A stretch of DNA of 64,000 nt, from NCBI GenBank assembly GCA_964016885.1, contig OZ024741.1:192138001-192202000 (forward strand), given 5' to 3'. Below the pieces are notes generated by a model. It did not search any database. It saw only the letters and a list, made by a program, of their open reading frames with translations, and was not told the DNA's origin. Below are positions 48,341-62,309 of the stretch, one piece after another. Each line of letters begins with the position of its first letter. Within the stretch, counting starts at the first letter, position 1. Source of the DNA: Eledone cirrhosa. Lineage: Eukaryota. The position numbers and the translations under genes were made by a program.

Positions 48341-51300
48341 ACTTCTGACATTGGTTGTGAAGTATGATTAACTAAAAAAAGAATAATGTAACATATGAAA
48401 AATAAAGAAAACTTGGGAATTGGGGGTGGGGTCTAGTGTTCCCCCTTTTCACTCAGTTTTCCAGAAAAAAAAAGTCTATTGCATATGAAAAAAAACAAAA
48501 CTAAACAAGGAAAATAATTATTTCCCCCTGAAATCGAGAGGGATTTTCTTCTATAGGAACTGGGGAGACCTCCAGTATTGTGGTAAGGTACTGTGATAAT
48601 AGCTACTAGGAATATATCTTGTGTGTCAGGATTATGGAAGGGAGGATCTAGAGTAGAGTAGAGTGTTGAGTGATGATCCTGGATAGAGTGTGTAGAGGGT
48701 GTTAGGATTTAGGGGAGTGGATGGGATCTTGGATAGAGTAGGGGTAGGGACATTATAAATTCCTTCCCCAAATGAGTCATCTTGTTATTTACCAACAGTC
48801 TCTAATCTCTTATCTGTTAGTAGTGTTCTTCTAAATGTTCTACTTATACTACAACAACTCTTTTGCTATAAAACGTACCATTATCCAACCTTTTATTCTC
48901 CTATTATTCGACATTGCTGTCAATATTTTCTTAAATCACAGGGGTCCAAACCTATGGCTGCTGGTTTAGTATATTAAACCCCACCCCATAATGAGGTAGT
49001 GCAGGTCTCACTGTAAAAGCATCTAGTCTTCACTGTACGGCAGTAGTGTTGGTGCCACAAATATAGCCCCCAGTCAACCCTGTAAAGTGGTAGTGCCAGA
49101 GTTACAATAAAATGCTCTTAGTTAGCCCTGTGATAGTGCCACAATAAAATGCTCCCAGTCAACCCTGTAAGGTGGTAGTGCCACAATAAAATGCTCCCAG
49201 TACATGCTGTAAAGTGGTTGTAACTAAGAAGGGCATATATATGGTCATCTGAAAATCTGATGAATTTACCACAATTGGCTGTTAGAATTTGAAACTAAAG
49301 TCAATTTATATCCAAATAATTGTTATTTAGCCCCAGTTTAGCTCTTATGGAGCACATCTATCATCAAAGGTGTTTTACTTATGACCATCCCATCTTTTAT
49401 TCTATTATCAATGACCATTATATCCAATGTTACCCTCCTGTTTCTTCCCTTTTAAGATGATAGTGTACAATTTGAGTGTGATTTGACATCTATTTCTAGC
49501 AGTTTGAATGAATGCATTGAGGCAGACTTGTAATTTTGTTCCAAAACAACTCTGACCAAGTAAGTCTATGATAAAAGACATTCCAGCTGTAATCATCCCA
49601 ACGCCTTAGGAATATTGAGACCAGCCATAGGAAAACTGTAGCTTGCAGGCTGCATGTGTCCTGCTTGGATTTCTGAATGGCACACCTGATGAAAACATTA
49701 CTTTGAATTTTTTAATAGTGTGGCCTGCTTTATGATGAGCCATATCTCATGCTGCCAACTGCTTGGAAAAGGTTGCCTCATGCCTTGATCTAGACTAGAC
49801 TATATAATGTCTTCAGCAGGTTGAAAGACCACTATTTTAGAATAAAAATGAGTTTTTTAAGGGGAGGTTAGTCATTTTGTTTTATATGAACGTAGGGATG
49901 GCTGACTGGTTAAGAGGTTTATTTCACAGTCATATTGTGTCTGTTCAATCCCGTATCGTGGCATCTTGGTCAAGCGTCTATTACCATAGCCTAGAGTCAA
50001 CCTAAATCTTGTGAATGAAGCTACATAGACAAACTGTTTACAGTTCCACCGGATTGATTATACATGTAATTCAAATGTCCAACTGTGTCAATGTGTTACG
50101 CTGAATCTCCCCGAAAATTACGTTAAAGGTGCAGATGTCTATGGAATACTCAGCCACATACACGTTAAATTCGCGAGCAAGTTGTTTCATTGATTAAACA
50201 ACTGGAACATCCATTATCGAAAATGACAATGACCACATTATTTAAGATTGCTATTAACTGTTATTTCTAGCAATTTGAACAATCAGATAAAGGATCACTC
50301 AGATGTTGGCTTGTTGTTTATCTTTAGATCAACCCTGATCAAGCCTAGGCCTTCCAGACGCGACTATCCCGTCAAATTGTTGGCATCTGGGACTACATTA
50401 TGTGTCCCCTTTTCTTTCAAAGATATTTAGCTGCTATTTCTGGCAGGGTGAACGACTACATCTTGGATCGCTCGTATGTTGGCTCCTCGTTGTTTAGTCA
50501 CAATCAACTTTAACTGAGGCGTTCCAGTCGTGACCATCCTGCCTTAAGACTCCGTCATCATATGTTATTTTCGTTTTCAAGGCCAATGTATTAAAGGGGG
50601 ATGACTCCGTCTGTTTATTTTAAAACTGTTTTGATTTTAGAATATATTTCTGCTAGAATTTTGTGTTGTTAAGTTAATACTTCCTAAATGCCTGGTAATT
50701 TAATGAAGAAAATTTAAGGTTGTAGTTGGATTTGTTGTTTTTATTGTTTTGTTGATTATAACTAATTAAATGTATTCTAACCGTGGCCGTTATGATTTTT
50801 TTGTGGTTGCTAGGGGTACATTATCTAATGTGTCTTCCTTCTCAAGATTTGAGGGAGATATAGCTACTGTTACTAGTATATTGAGCGACCACATAGAAGC
50901 TCCCTCATTTGCTCGTGTTGTGGTTTGTGTAAAGGTTAATAATGACAAGCATTTTAAAGCCATCTTCTAAAGTAGAATCAAGCAAAACTGCCCACAGAAC
51001 CAACAACAATAGTCTGAAGATACAACTCCCCACTCCCTTAATATGTGAATGGACTGGAAGTTGGGGACTCACTATCAAGAGCATTCAAAAGACAAACTTT
51101 TAGTTTTAACATCTAATGTCTGTCTGTTCATCTGTTTGTATATCAATCTAATCTGATCCGAACCGATCCAGCTTAATCTGTTCCAATCCATTTGTCCAGA
51201 AATTGTGGGTTCTTTCATTGATGAACCTACTGAGGAGTCACTTATGGATGATCTCAGTGAACCCCAGGAAGAATGTAATCTCTAGCAAGCATAAATGTGA

Positions 51301-51528
51301 GATGCTCTAACTGGACCTAACTAGTTGGTTATATGTTTCACTAATTCTAAATATTTTCATATTATATCTTGTTTAAATGATTACGTTTTATCCAATTTTA
51401 ATGAATGCATTGCATTATATCTTTGCCCTTATCCTCGTTTACATAAAATGTTGTTGTGTTCAGCATTACATGTATTGTAACTTCTATGTTTATAACGTTT
51501 ATTGCATGAATCCTTATGACAGAATTGC

Positions 51529-51946
51529 TAGTTGGATTGGCAGTATAAGTAGAGCGTCAGATACTATGCTTTGCGGCATAGAGTTATGGCCCTTTACGTT
51601 CTGAGTTCAAATCCTGCTGAGGTTAACTTTGCCTTTCATCCTTACGGGGCCAATAAAATAAATCACCAGTAATGCACTGGGGTAATTGCTGGCCTTATGC
51701 CAAAGGTAGAACTAATTATTTTATTATATTAGAGTGGTAGATTGGCAATATCAGTAGAGCGTGAGATAACATGCTTTGCAGCATAGAGTTATGTCGCTTT
51801 TCGTTCTGAATTCAAATCTTGTCATGGTTAGCTTTGCCTTTCATCCTTATAGGGTCGATAAAATGAAATATCAGTAACACACGATGATCAATTTAATCAA
51901 CTTTCCTCTCCCCTCACATTGTTGGCCTTGTACAAAAATTAGAAAT
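51529..51946 (+). mobile_element. Two tandem tRNA-derived SINEs
   Basis: Two copies (51529-51716, 51733-51946) of the family at 41987 and 60943. Confidence 0.85.
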
Positions 51947-52062
51947 CATTATTAATTGTGCCAAAAGTAGAAACAATTATTAATTAATTAATTAAACAAT
52001 TCATTCATTCATTTCTATTTATGTAACAAAAAAAAATTAATGGCATTGTCTTTGTATTTCAG

Positions 52063-52232
52063 AGAAGAAAACAAATCTAAATGGTTGGACGCACATCACG
52101 ATCCAGTTGCCTCCCTTTATACATTCTCGCAGTGTCTAGCTTTGTCTGATATTAAAGCTGATGGTGATTGGAAATTGGTGATTGGCAACTTAGGAATCGA
52201 TAATTACATCACTAAACTGAAAATCTTTCAAG
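52063..52232 (+). CDS. BBS1: Bardet-Biedl syndrome 1 protein, internal exon
   Basis: EENKSKWLDAHHDPVASLYTFSQCLALSDIKADGDWKLVIGNLG..KLKIFQG matches the BBS1 N-terminus; tttcag acceptor and gtttgt donor. No later exon was recognised in the window. Confidence 0.93.
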
Positions 52233-52356
52233 GTTTGTCTGTTATGCTAGTAAACGTCTCTTTATGTATAGATAGCCTCTACTTCAGTGGATTACACCTG
52301 GTATGTCGCCACACCCTAGTAGTCAGGAGGGTCTACATTAAAAAATATTTATCTTG

Positions 52357-53820
52357 AAGGGTTTTATTAGTGAGACAACTACAAGAGAGGTTCTTAGAGA
52401 AGAATAAGACACTATACTTAGCTTTTGTTGACTTAGAGAAGGCCTTTGATAGGGTATCCCGATCTGTCATCTGGTGGTCCCTTAGGAAACTAGGTGTAGA
52501 GGAATGACTTGTGAGGACAGTGCAAGGTATGTACTGAGGTGCTGTCAGTAAAGTGAGAGTAGGAATGGAGTTTAGTGAGGAATTCCAGATACAAGTAGGA
52601 GTGCATCAGGGTTTGGTCCTCAGCCCGCTCTTGTTCATTATAATGAAGCCATAACAGAGAAGTTTAAGACTGGCTGCCCATAGGAACTTCTCTATGCTGA
52701 TGATCTGGTTCTTATGGCAGAATCAGTAGAGGAGCTAGAGAATAAATTCTGGCTACGGAAACAGCAGTTGGAATCAAGAGAACTGAGAGTGAACATAGCT
52801 AAGACAAAAGTGTTGATAAGTAGAAATTTGACAGTAGTAATCGCAGTGATAGACACATTTTTCAAATGCAGGTGGGTTCTATAGAAGTGGTTGATAGCTT
52901 CCGGTACCTAGGTGATCAGATTAGCATGGGAGTGGGGTGTTCCAAGGCCATAATAACCTAACTATCTCTATATTTATAAATAAATAAATAAATAAATAAA
53001 TAATAAATAATAAATAATAAATAAAAAAAATGTGACAATCACTTGATCACCTATAGATCAGGGGAGCACACCAGCCAGATAGATTTTATCCTTACTAGAA
53101 AACGAGACTGTTTTGACACTAAGTCCCTCCCTTGCGAAGAATGCACCTCCCAACATAACTTAATAGTCACTGTGATAGACACATTTTTCAAATGCAGGTA
53201 GGTTCTATAGAAGTGGTTGATAGCTTCCGGTACCTAGGTGATCAGATTAGCATGGGAGGGGATGTTCCGAAGCCATAGTATCTAGAATAAGGATGGGTTG
53301 GAAGAAGTTTAGGGAGCTGCTTCCTCTGTTGACAAAGAAGGGTTTCTCCCTACGTACAAAAGGCCGGTTATATGATGCCTGTTTGAGATGCGTGATACTT
53401 CATGGTAGTGAGACATGAGCAGCAACTACAGTGGATATGCGACGGCTGGAGAGAAATGAAGCACACATGCTCCGTTGGATGTGCAATGTCAATGTGCGTG
53501 AACGACTGAGCATGGATGTGTTGAGAGAGAAACTGTGTCTGAGAGGGATAGAATGTAGTGTGCGAGAGAGGAGACTGCAGTGGTATGGACATGTGATGCG
53601 CATGGAGGATGACCACTGGGTAAAGAAATGCCAGTAGAAGGAAGACGCAGTAGAGGAAGACCACGAAAAACATGGGCGGAGGTGGTGGGAGCAGACCTCA
53701 GATTGCTGAAGCTCACGGAGGAGATGACGAAGGACCGTGACAAGTGGAGAGATGCTGTGCTGAATAGGACCCGTCCCACCCTAGCAAGCAGGGAAAAGCG
53801 CACGTAAAATGATGATGACA
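52357..53820 (+). mobile_element. RTE LINE, 5'-truncated and decayed, with internal duplication
   Basis: AFVDLEKAFDRV, GVHQG, LLYADDL, RLERNEAHMLRWMC, LQWYGHVMRM; 52834-52950 is repeated at 53163-53280. Confidence 0.9.
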
Positions 53821-53829
53821 GTAAGGAAG

Positions 53830-56252
53830 AACTATTAGAGACATACAATATAGAGAAATAGTGGGAATTCCTGAAAGTTAACCTGCTGAAGGCGACTAAG
53901 GAAATCTGTGGCTGGAGCAAACCGTTAGACACGAGGTGAGTGACATGGCGGTGAAATAGTAAGGTGGAGGAGTCCATCAGGGGTAAAAAGCAGGTTTGGA
54001 ATGAATGGCAGGATGGGGGTAGTAGAGAACTCTATTGGGTAGCTAGGAGAGAAGCTAGGCGACAAGTATACTTTGCAAAAAGGAAAGCAGAGGATAGTAA
54101 GTTCAAGCATGTTCTACAACGCGAGGACCAAAGACGTGAGGTGTTCATGATTGCGAAGCAATGTGTCAAGGAGAATTGTGATATTGTCGGGGAGACGTGT
54201 GTCCATAATGACGATGGTATACTTGCCCGCAGTAATATTGATAAGAAGGTAGTTTGGAAGAGTCACTATGGGAGACTACTAAATGAGGATAATAAATGCC
54301 CCAAATCGATCCAATAGTAGGACCAGCTGTGCAAGTTAATGGTTGTATAATAAGTAAGGCAATCAAAGATATGAAGACAGGCAAGGCAGCTGGCCCTTCG
54401 GAGATAGTTGCTGAAATGTTGAAAGCATCTGGAATGGTGGGACATACTATAGTCTCCCGGATAGTAAACCAAGTAATACAGAATGGGGTCATACCAAATG
54501 ACTGCCATAGCAGCATCATTGTCAACTGTTACAAGGTTAAAGGAGACACCCTTGATAGAGGAAAATATAGAGGCATTAAGTTAGTTGACCAGGTCATGAA
54601 GGTCACAGAAAAAGTTATTACTCAACTGATTAGAGACCGAATTGATCTAGATGAAATCAGTTTAGGTTTGTGCCAGGTAAAAGTACCACGGATGCTCTTT
54701 TCCTTGTACGGCAACTACAGGAGAAGTACCTAGCTAACAGTAAACCCCTCTACTTAGCTTTTGTTGACTTGGAGAAAGCCTTTGACAGAGTCCCCTGCTG
54801 CTTAATCTGGTGGACTCTTAGAAAACTAGGAGTAGATGAGTGGCTAGTGAGAGCTATACAAGCCATGTATAGAGGAACAGTCAGCAAGGTAGAATTAACA
54901 ATGAATATAGTGAAGAATTTAGCGTAAAAGTAGGCGTTCACCAAGGCTGTGTTCTTAGACCTCTCCTGTTTATTATTGTCCTACAGGCTATAACAGATCA
55001 GTTTAAGACTGGCTAACTTTCATAGTTGAATCCATAGCTGAACTAGAGAAGCATCGCCTAGAATCAAAAGGCCTTAAAGTTAACTTGTCTAAGACTAAAG
55101 TTCTAGTATGTAGAAAGGAAAATAATAGTATGTAGAAAGGAAAATAGGGCACAGGTGCCCTCTGGGAAATGGCCATGCTCAGTGTGTAAAAAGGGAGTAG
55201 GTAGAAATTCTATTCTATGTCCCAAATGGTACATAAAAGATGTAGTGGGATCAGAGGTAAGCTATCTAAGAATATAAATTTTTATATGTGGCTGATATGC
55301 AGATCCAGTAAGTAGCAAGGGCCCACTGGATACTATCTCCTTCAACTGCCCAATTACCTGGGTAATAAAATCAGTAGTGGAGGAGAGTGTTCTGAAAGTA
55401 CAGTATCCAGAATTAGAATGGGATGGAAAACATTCAGAGAGCTAATACTGCTGTTGGCCACAAAGCGTTTTTCTCTAAAAATGAAGGGCAGAATGTATGA
55501 TGCTTGTATACGAACGGCAATATTACATGGTAGTGAGACCTGGGTGTTGTGTGCTGAAAACTTGCGCAGATTAGATAGAAATGAAGCTTGTATGCTCCGG
55601 TGGATGTGTAATAGTAATATATGCGAACAACAAAGCATAAACGAATTGAGAGAGAGACTAAGCATAAGTGATATCAAATATTGTGTTCTGGAGAGGGGAT
55701 TGCACTGGTATGGACATGTGATGCATATGAAGGATGACAACTGTATAAAAAAGTGCAGAGCGATCAAAATCGATGGAAGCTACAGAGTGGGTAGACCAAG
55801 AAAAACCTGGGACGAGTTGATAAAAGCTGACCTTGCACATTTACACTTCTCTAAGTCACTGGATCGAGATCTTTGGCGCTATGCAGTTATACAGAAGACC
55901 TGCCTTCCCTTGCATACAAACTTAAACCTACAGTCAGTAGGCACCTCTTAACCCAATATACACCCTACACACCCTACTCCATCCTTCCACATCCGTTCCC
56001 TGTAAAGTGACAAAAAGTATCCAGTCCACACTGTAAAGTGGTCATGTAGGAGACACGGTAAAAAGGCTCCCTGTCCAGACTGTAAATGTAGTTGGTGTTA
56101 GGAAGAGCATCCAGCTGGAGAAAACCTGCCTGAAACAGTTCTGTATGAACGATACACGGTCTCCTGACCAATCTCGCCTCAAGTGGGACAAAACCATCCA
56201 ACCCATGCTAGTGTGGAAGATGGACGTTAAACTATGATGATGATGATGATGA
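53830..56252 (+). mobile_element. RTE LINE, decayed, with 3' UTR and (TGA)n tail
   Basis: MKTGKAAGPS, YRGIKL, PGKSTTDALFLVRQLQEKY, ILHGSETW, GRPRKTW. Confidence 0.9.
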
Positions 56253-57446
56253 TATTATTAATACACAATACTATCACTGCATTATACTATACTATATTAT
56301 TGATACACTAAACTATCATTCATTATATTATCGGGGTCGATAAAATAAAGTACCAGTAATGCACTGGGTAATTGCTGGCCTTGTGCCTAAAGTAGAAACA
56401 ATTATATTATATTATACTATACTATACTATTGATACACTACACTATCAATATACTATACTGTCACTACTTTATACCATACTATAATATCAATACACTATA
56501 CTATATTATCAATACGCTATACAATCAATATCTATATATCTAAAACAGAGAACGTCCATCTGTCTGTCTGTCTGACTCCCTAAAACTCGAGAACCACCCA
56601 ACCGATTGTTTTCAAACTTTACACATGTAATACTGATGGTCCTGTGAGTGTTTTGAGCAGTAGGGACCGCAATAGGCGATTTAGCGATCTCTCTCCATAA
56701 TTCTTAGTCTTTCTTTTTAAATAGATACATAGATATAATGTTGCACCCTTATAATATCTGTCTGTCTGTATGTCTGGCTCTCTGCATTACGACATTATGA
56801 CGCTATATGTGTGTGTGTGTATATATGTATATATAGTGTGTGTATATCTAATATATATAGTGAAGTTGGGCGTTGTTTGTTTGGTGTCCCGAACTTGCAG
56901 GCTACACCATTCATCCGATTTTCATGAAACTTGACACATATATAAAACTTGACCCATAGATTGGAATAGGCTACTTGAAATTTTCGAATAATCGGACCCC
57001 CAGAGGCAAAAATCGATATTTTCAGAATTCGTCCGATTTCAATGAAATTTGATATTACCACAATAATCAATAATAGATCCATTAGGAGTTACTCCAAGGC
57101 TGCAAAAATTCAGAAAGTTTTTTTAAACTCATAAATCATGCGTTAAATGAGACCTTTAAGAGTTAGGGCAGACAAGTATTCATAGTTTAATTATCAATGG
57201 CGCAATATTGTGGAAATATGCAAATCTACGCCTTTCTTTATGGGAAAATGGAAGGCTTTACAAACAGATATTCAGGGTTCTTTAAGTAGAATTCTTAATT
57301 CTTAAATAATTGTACAGTCAACAAAATATATGACAATGTTTTTCATATTTTTTTCAAAAATCTTTCGATTTCAATGAAATTTAATGTGTATGTATTTCAT
57401 ATGCCCATATAAGCAAGCAAACACTGTGACTCACGTGCATTATTGA

Positions 57447-57636
57447 TGGTGGTGGATTGGCAGTATCGGTAGAGGGTCGGACGCCATGCTTTGACGCATA
57501 AAGTTACGGCCCTTGCCATTCTGAGTTCAAATCCCGCCGAGGTTAACTTTGCCTTTCATCCTTACGGGGTCGATAAAATAAAGTACCAGTAATCCACTGG
57601 GTATTTGCTGGCCTTGTGCCTAACGTAGAAACAATT
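57447..57636 (+). mobile_element. tRNA-derived SINE
   Basis: Same family as 41987-42176. Confidence 0.88.
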
Positions 57637-58693
57637 ATTGATTGAAACACAAACAAGTATGCACGCACGTTCGAACCGCCTTTTTCTCTTTGTGTGTATC
57701 CGCTTTTTGTGAACAACAATAAATCCGGCCGTCTCACTAAACGGACCTTTACAGAATTTGCCCACTTATCGGTGAGTTAGTGCTTATTTATTTAGACTAC
57801 TTGCATGCCATTTCAGTTAAATTTAATTCATTTTTCGCCTTCCTTAAATTTAAAAATCCCCATTGGGACTAGGGGATTGTCGACATCTTAGCGTTAAACT
57901 TTTCATATTCCCCCTTATTCAAGTGCAAATACAGTATTATCCCTATCTGAAAGGAAACCAAATTTAATGGTGTCTTTTGTGATGCTAAAAGCTAAAAGCG
58001 GTGAGTAAATTTTCAAACAGTCTTAAATAATCATGCTTTTTGAAAAAAATTTACTAAATAATACTTTGACCAAGTTGTATTGGACACATACAAAGTTGTA
58101 CAAAATGTTACATCCGTACCAATTTTTTCCTTTTTTAAACAAAAGGTTCTAAAAAATTACTTAATTCATAACACTACTGTCACAGCCTTTTGCACAGGAA
58201 GTGAGTAAGTTTTCGGGTTTTTAAACGTAAGTTCACCAGGGTTTGTCTCTTTTCCATTATTAGCCCACCTCTAATGGCATTTTTTGTTTTGTTTACGATT
58301 AAATGTTATGAGCGTATTTGCAAATTGCTATTGTTCTTTAATTTTTTTAATTAGTTGTCATAGACCATCTGCATGCAGTGCAATTGATTGCGCACACGTA
58401 CACACCTGCATGCAGATAAACACTGACAGCTAATAAAAAATCGATAATTTGCTTATTAAGACATCGGTCGTACTTTAGAAAATTTTTTGAATATATTGTT
58501 CTTTTTGGCATGATATGTCAGAAATATAGCTACTATTCACATTGGTTATTTTTTGTAACTAAGAAACGGTTCTTTTTGGGTGGATACTTAACGAGAAAGA
58601 TCCCAGGGTTTGGGACAAGTTTGTTTCAGGCACTGTATAGATGCCAATTTTGTCACACCTTGGTCATGAATTCGTATTCTTTTCCAATAGATA

Positions 58694-58949
58694 CCATATT
58701 TTCCGCTCTATAAGGCTCACCGGGATATAAGGTGTATCATTTAAAATCAGGTCCGCGCAACGGCGTGTAAGGCCAACCAGGAAAATGCTATCTTCTTTAC
58801 TTTTAGTCTAGATCTATTACTTCTGTTAGAGCCGTGATTGATTACCATTGTATTATTTATACATAAGGCTCACCGGAGTATAAAGCGCAGAGCTGTTTTT
58901 TGATGAAATTTAGGTATTTTAAGTGCACTTTATAGGCCGGAAAATTTGG
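58694..58949. mobile_element. pogo-like MITE
   Basis: TA|CCATATTTTCCGCTCTATAAG ... TTATAGGCCGGAAAATTTGG|TA; internal repeat ATAAGGCTCACCGG. Confidence 0.7.
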
Positions 58950-59391
58950 TAAGTTATTATAATCATATTTCCAAACCTTCCCATTCACCAGTAACCATGC
59001 TAGCGAATCTGGTGTCACCTCTCTCTGTACTTAATCACCCCTCTCTAACCTAACAGCTTCGTTACACGTCGTTAAGCCCACACGGAAACATTCAAGACTT
59101 AGCTCCAAAAAAGGTACAGCTATTGCTTTGAGACGACGAATTAGGCGTTCTCTGGTATGCGTTCATTCACAATTGGTTAATCGTTTATGCAATATTCTCC
59201 CTTAATGTTAGCAAGCACTGCGTTTATCCTAACTGTCACCACTTTTAAGCAACTACAACATTCTAATCGTAGTTATATTAAATTTATTGTCTTACCTTGA
59301 TTCCCTTTTGTTCATATTATACTTTTCTCATTTACTATTGGCACAGTGCCTTTGGCTTAGCTAACCAGTAGCATTAATTAACTTTCTCTAG

Positions 59392-60366
59392 GAAACACCT
59401 GCTGAGTGTGAATCTCGACTCGCTGATAGACGTCTTTCCCGGCTGGTTGAGTCACCAACACCCCGTACAACAAGGCTTGCTGATGTTCATCCTCGTCGCC
59501 AACAAGCGCTTGCGGAGGAGTCACCAACACCCCGTACAACAAGGCTTGCTGATGTTCATCCTCGTCGCCAACAAGCGCTTACGGAGGAGTCACCAACATC
59601 CCGTACAACGAGGCTTGCTGGTGTTTGCCTTCGTCGTCAACAAGCGCTTGCAGAGGAGTCACCAACATCCCGTACGATGAGGCTTGCTGGCGTTCGCCTT
59701 CGTCACCAACAAGCGCTTGCAGAGGAGTCACCAACATCCCGTACGACGCGGCTTGCTGGCGTTCGCCTTCGTCACCAACAAGCGCTTGCAGAGGAGTCAC
59801 CAACATCCCGTATGACGCGGCTTGCTGGCGTTCGCCTTTGTCACCAACAAGCACTTGCAGAGGAGTCACCAACATCCCGTCAGACGAGGCTTGCTGGGGT
59901 TCGCCTTCGTCATCAACAAGCACTTGCAGATGAGTCCATGGCAGACAGAGACAACAGGCTTGCTGCTAAGCGTTCCCGGCATACATTAGCTACTGCTGCC
60001 AAGAGCTCAGGCTGGGTAAAAGCAGCCTTCAGATATAACCCCTCTGAGGAATATGGACTTCTGCCTACAGTTTCCATTGGCAAAATGGATAATGTCAGTA
60101 CATCCTACAAAGCAATGAAGTGGCCAGGCGAGGCGCCTTCTATGTGCTGTGTAGGAGGTAAGGTGCAACTAGAGGCATTGGCTGACCGGCCAGACGTTCT
60201 TCTGAATCTACTTACAGGTGACGACACTACGGCTACAACGTTCCGCCGTAGCATGTGGAAATACAACTCCTGTTTCATGATGACCTCCTTTGGTGTAGAC
60301 AATAACAACGCCAACAACAGCGTGAACCCCAACACCAACGTTGCACCTGTGATGCGCGGGAAGTAA
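59392..60366 (+). pseudogene. Helitron RepHel N-terminal exon with seven 69-bp (23-aa) repeats, truncated
   Basis: Open frame from an acceptor at 59391; ESPTSRTTRLAGVRLRHQQALAE repeats at 59449-59931; IGKM..AMKWPGEAPSMCCVGGKV..KYNSCFMMTSFG. Confidence 0.85.
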
Positions 60367-60562
60367 CTTTCACACATTTTAATAACAGAGCAAAGGTCGA
60401 CTTACATCCGGGCAACGCCGGGTACTTCTGCTAGTATACGTATATAGTGTGTAACGTTTTTACGAAATATTTACTTCTGCATTCACAGATTGATTTTTTT
60501 TGTTTCAGAAGATCCCATTAAGGGTGAAAGCAGCGATTCTTTGCTTAAACTTTAATCTGTTA

Positions 60563-60616
<54 letters not shown>

Positions 60617-60942
60617 TATATTCGTGTACAGATATTTTTGCATACACAATAACAAAATATAAACAAAAGTATTTATTTTGCGATAAAGAATTGATTTTCT
60701 TCGCACGGAAAAAACCCTGGTAATCTACGACGGATTTTTTTTATAAGCACAAAATGTAGACACCATCCCGATGCCGAGGTATTCCGTACTTCTCTGTACT
60801 GTTTCAGAAAGGAGGGATAAACATGCCAATATATGTTTAGAATCCCGAGCAACGCCGGGCCATTCTGCTAGTGTTATACTATATTATCATTGTACAATGT
60901 AATCAATACACTATATGATCATTACATTATACTATATTATAA

Positions 60943-61134
60943 GGGCGGTGGATTGGCAGTATCGGTAGAGAGTCGGACGCCATGCTTTGAAGCATAGAGT
61001 TACGTCCCTTTATGATCTGAGTTCAAATCCCGCCGAGGTTAACTTTGCCTTTCATCCTTACGGGGTCGATAAAATAAAGTACCAGTAATGTACTGGGGTA
61101 TTTGCTGGCCTTGTGCCTAAAATAGAAACAATTA
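60943..61134 (+). mobile_element. tRNA-derived SINE
   Basis: Same family; A/B boxes intact. Confidence 0.88.
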
Positions 61135-61829
61135 TACTATATTATTGATACACCACACAATCAATATATTATACTATCACTATATTCATCATCATCATCA
61201 TCATCATCATTATTTTACATCCACTTTCTATGCTGGCATGGGTTGGATGGGTTGTCTTGATCTAAGGCAGTTCTTGTTCAGAGTTCCTGTCCCCCTTGAT
61301 AGGTTGAGAGATCACATCATGCTTACATGTTCCAAATTTTGGCATATGTTCTACAGCTGGTTAGCCTTCCTAATAACAACCACTTTGCAGAGTTTATTGG
61401 GTGCATTTTATCATGGCCACAACACTAGAGAGGTTGTCATGTACTCACCAAGAATAGAATATCCTCTCTACCTTACATTGTCACTGTGTATTGGACAATT
61501 ACTTTACAGAATGTACTGGATGTATTTTACAGTAGGATAAGCACTAGAGAGGTCAATTCCTTGACACAACCAAAGAGTCTTCTTTTAACAATGTTGTCTC
61601 CTTTCAGTTGTCAACCATTATACATAGTTTACTGAGTGGGGAAGCAGCATGAGCAACATACCAATAGAGGTGTCATGGTATAAGAGAGGTAATAATGATG
61701 AGGGTAAGTAATAGAAGATGGTAAAGAGATTGCATATAGGCCAATCTGATGCACTTCTTCCCTGTTACTCAGTCAGCATAGTATAGTGGGTATCATAGCA
61801 GGGTCATGGAAAGAGGGTTAAACTATACT

Positions 61830-62308
61830 ACTGTAAGGTGGACATGCTGGTGACACAACAAAAGCCACTAGTCCACTATGCAAGGTGCTCATGCTGGTGA
61901 CATGACAAAAGAACGTCTAGTCCACCCTATAAGGTGGTTGTGTTGGTGACATGACAAAAAACACCCAGTCCATCCTGTAAGATGGTTGTGCTGGTGACAC
62001 AATGGAAAAGTTCCCAGTCCAACTTGTCAGTTGGTCATTTTGGTGCCACAATAAACAAGAGATTGGATATAGGCCAATCAGATACACCTCTCTACCTGTT
62101 ACTCAGTCAGCATGGCGAAGTGGGTATCATAGCAGGGTCATGGAAATGTGGTTGGTATTAGGAAGGGCATCCAGCTGTAGAAACTAAACTAGAAACAGTT
62201 CTGTCTGAGCAAGACACGGTTACCTGATCTGACTTGTCACATAACGAGACAACTCATGTAACCCATGCTAGTGTAGAAAATGGACTTTAAACAGTGATGA
62301 TGATGATG
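61830..62308 (+). mobile_element. RTE 3' UTR remnant with ~47-bp tandem repeats
   Basis: Repeats of ggtgacat.acaaaa..ccagtcca..ctgtaa and a tail like 56095-56252; a similar array lies at 49040-49235. Confidence 0.65.
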
Positions 62309-62309
62309 A

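Larger units (their letters stand above)
56847..60434 (+). mobile_element. Inner Helitron, deletion derivative retaining the RepHel N-terminus
   Basis: A|TCTAATATATATAG start; CCGGGCAACGCCGGG hairpin and CTAG|T end. Confidence 0.78.
56531..60871 (+). mobile_element. Outer non-autonomous Helitron
   Basis: A|TCTATATATCTAAAA..(TGTC)n start; CCCGAGCAACGCCGGG hairpin and CTAG|T end. The pairing of the ends is inferred. Confidence 0.65.

Noticed and set aside
52040-52357. 105-aa ORF as a complete gene
   Set aside because: BBS1 similarity is confined to 52063-52232 between splice sites; the flanking codons are intronic.
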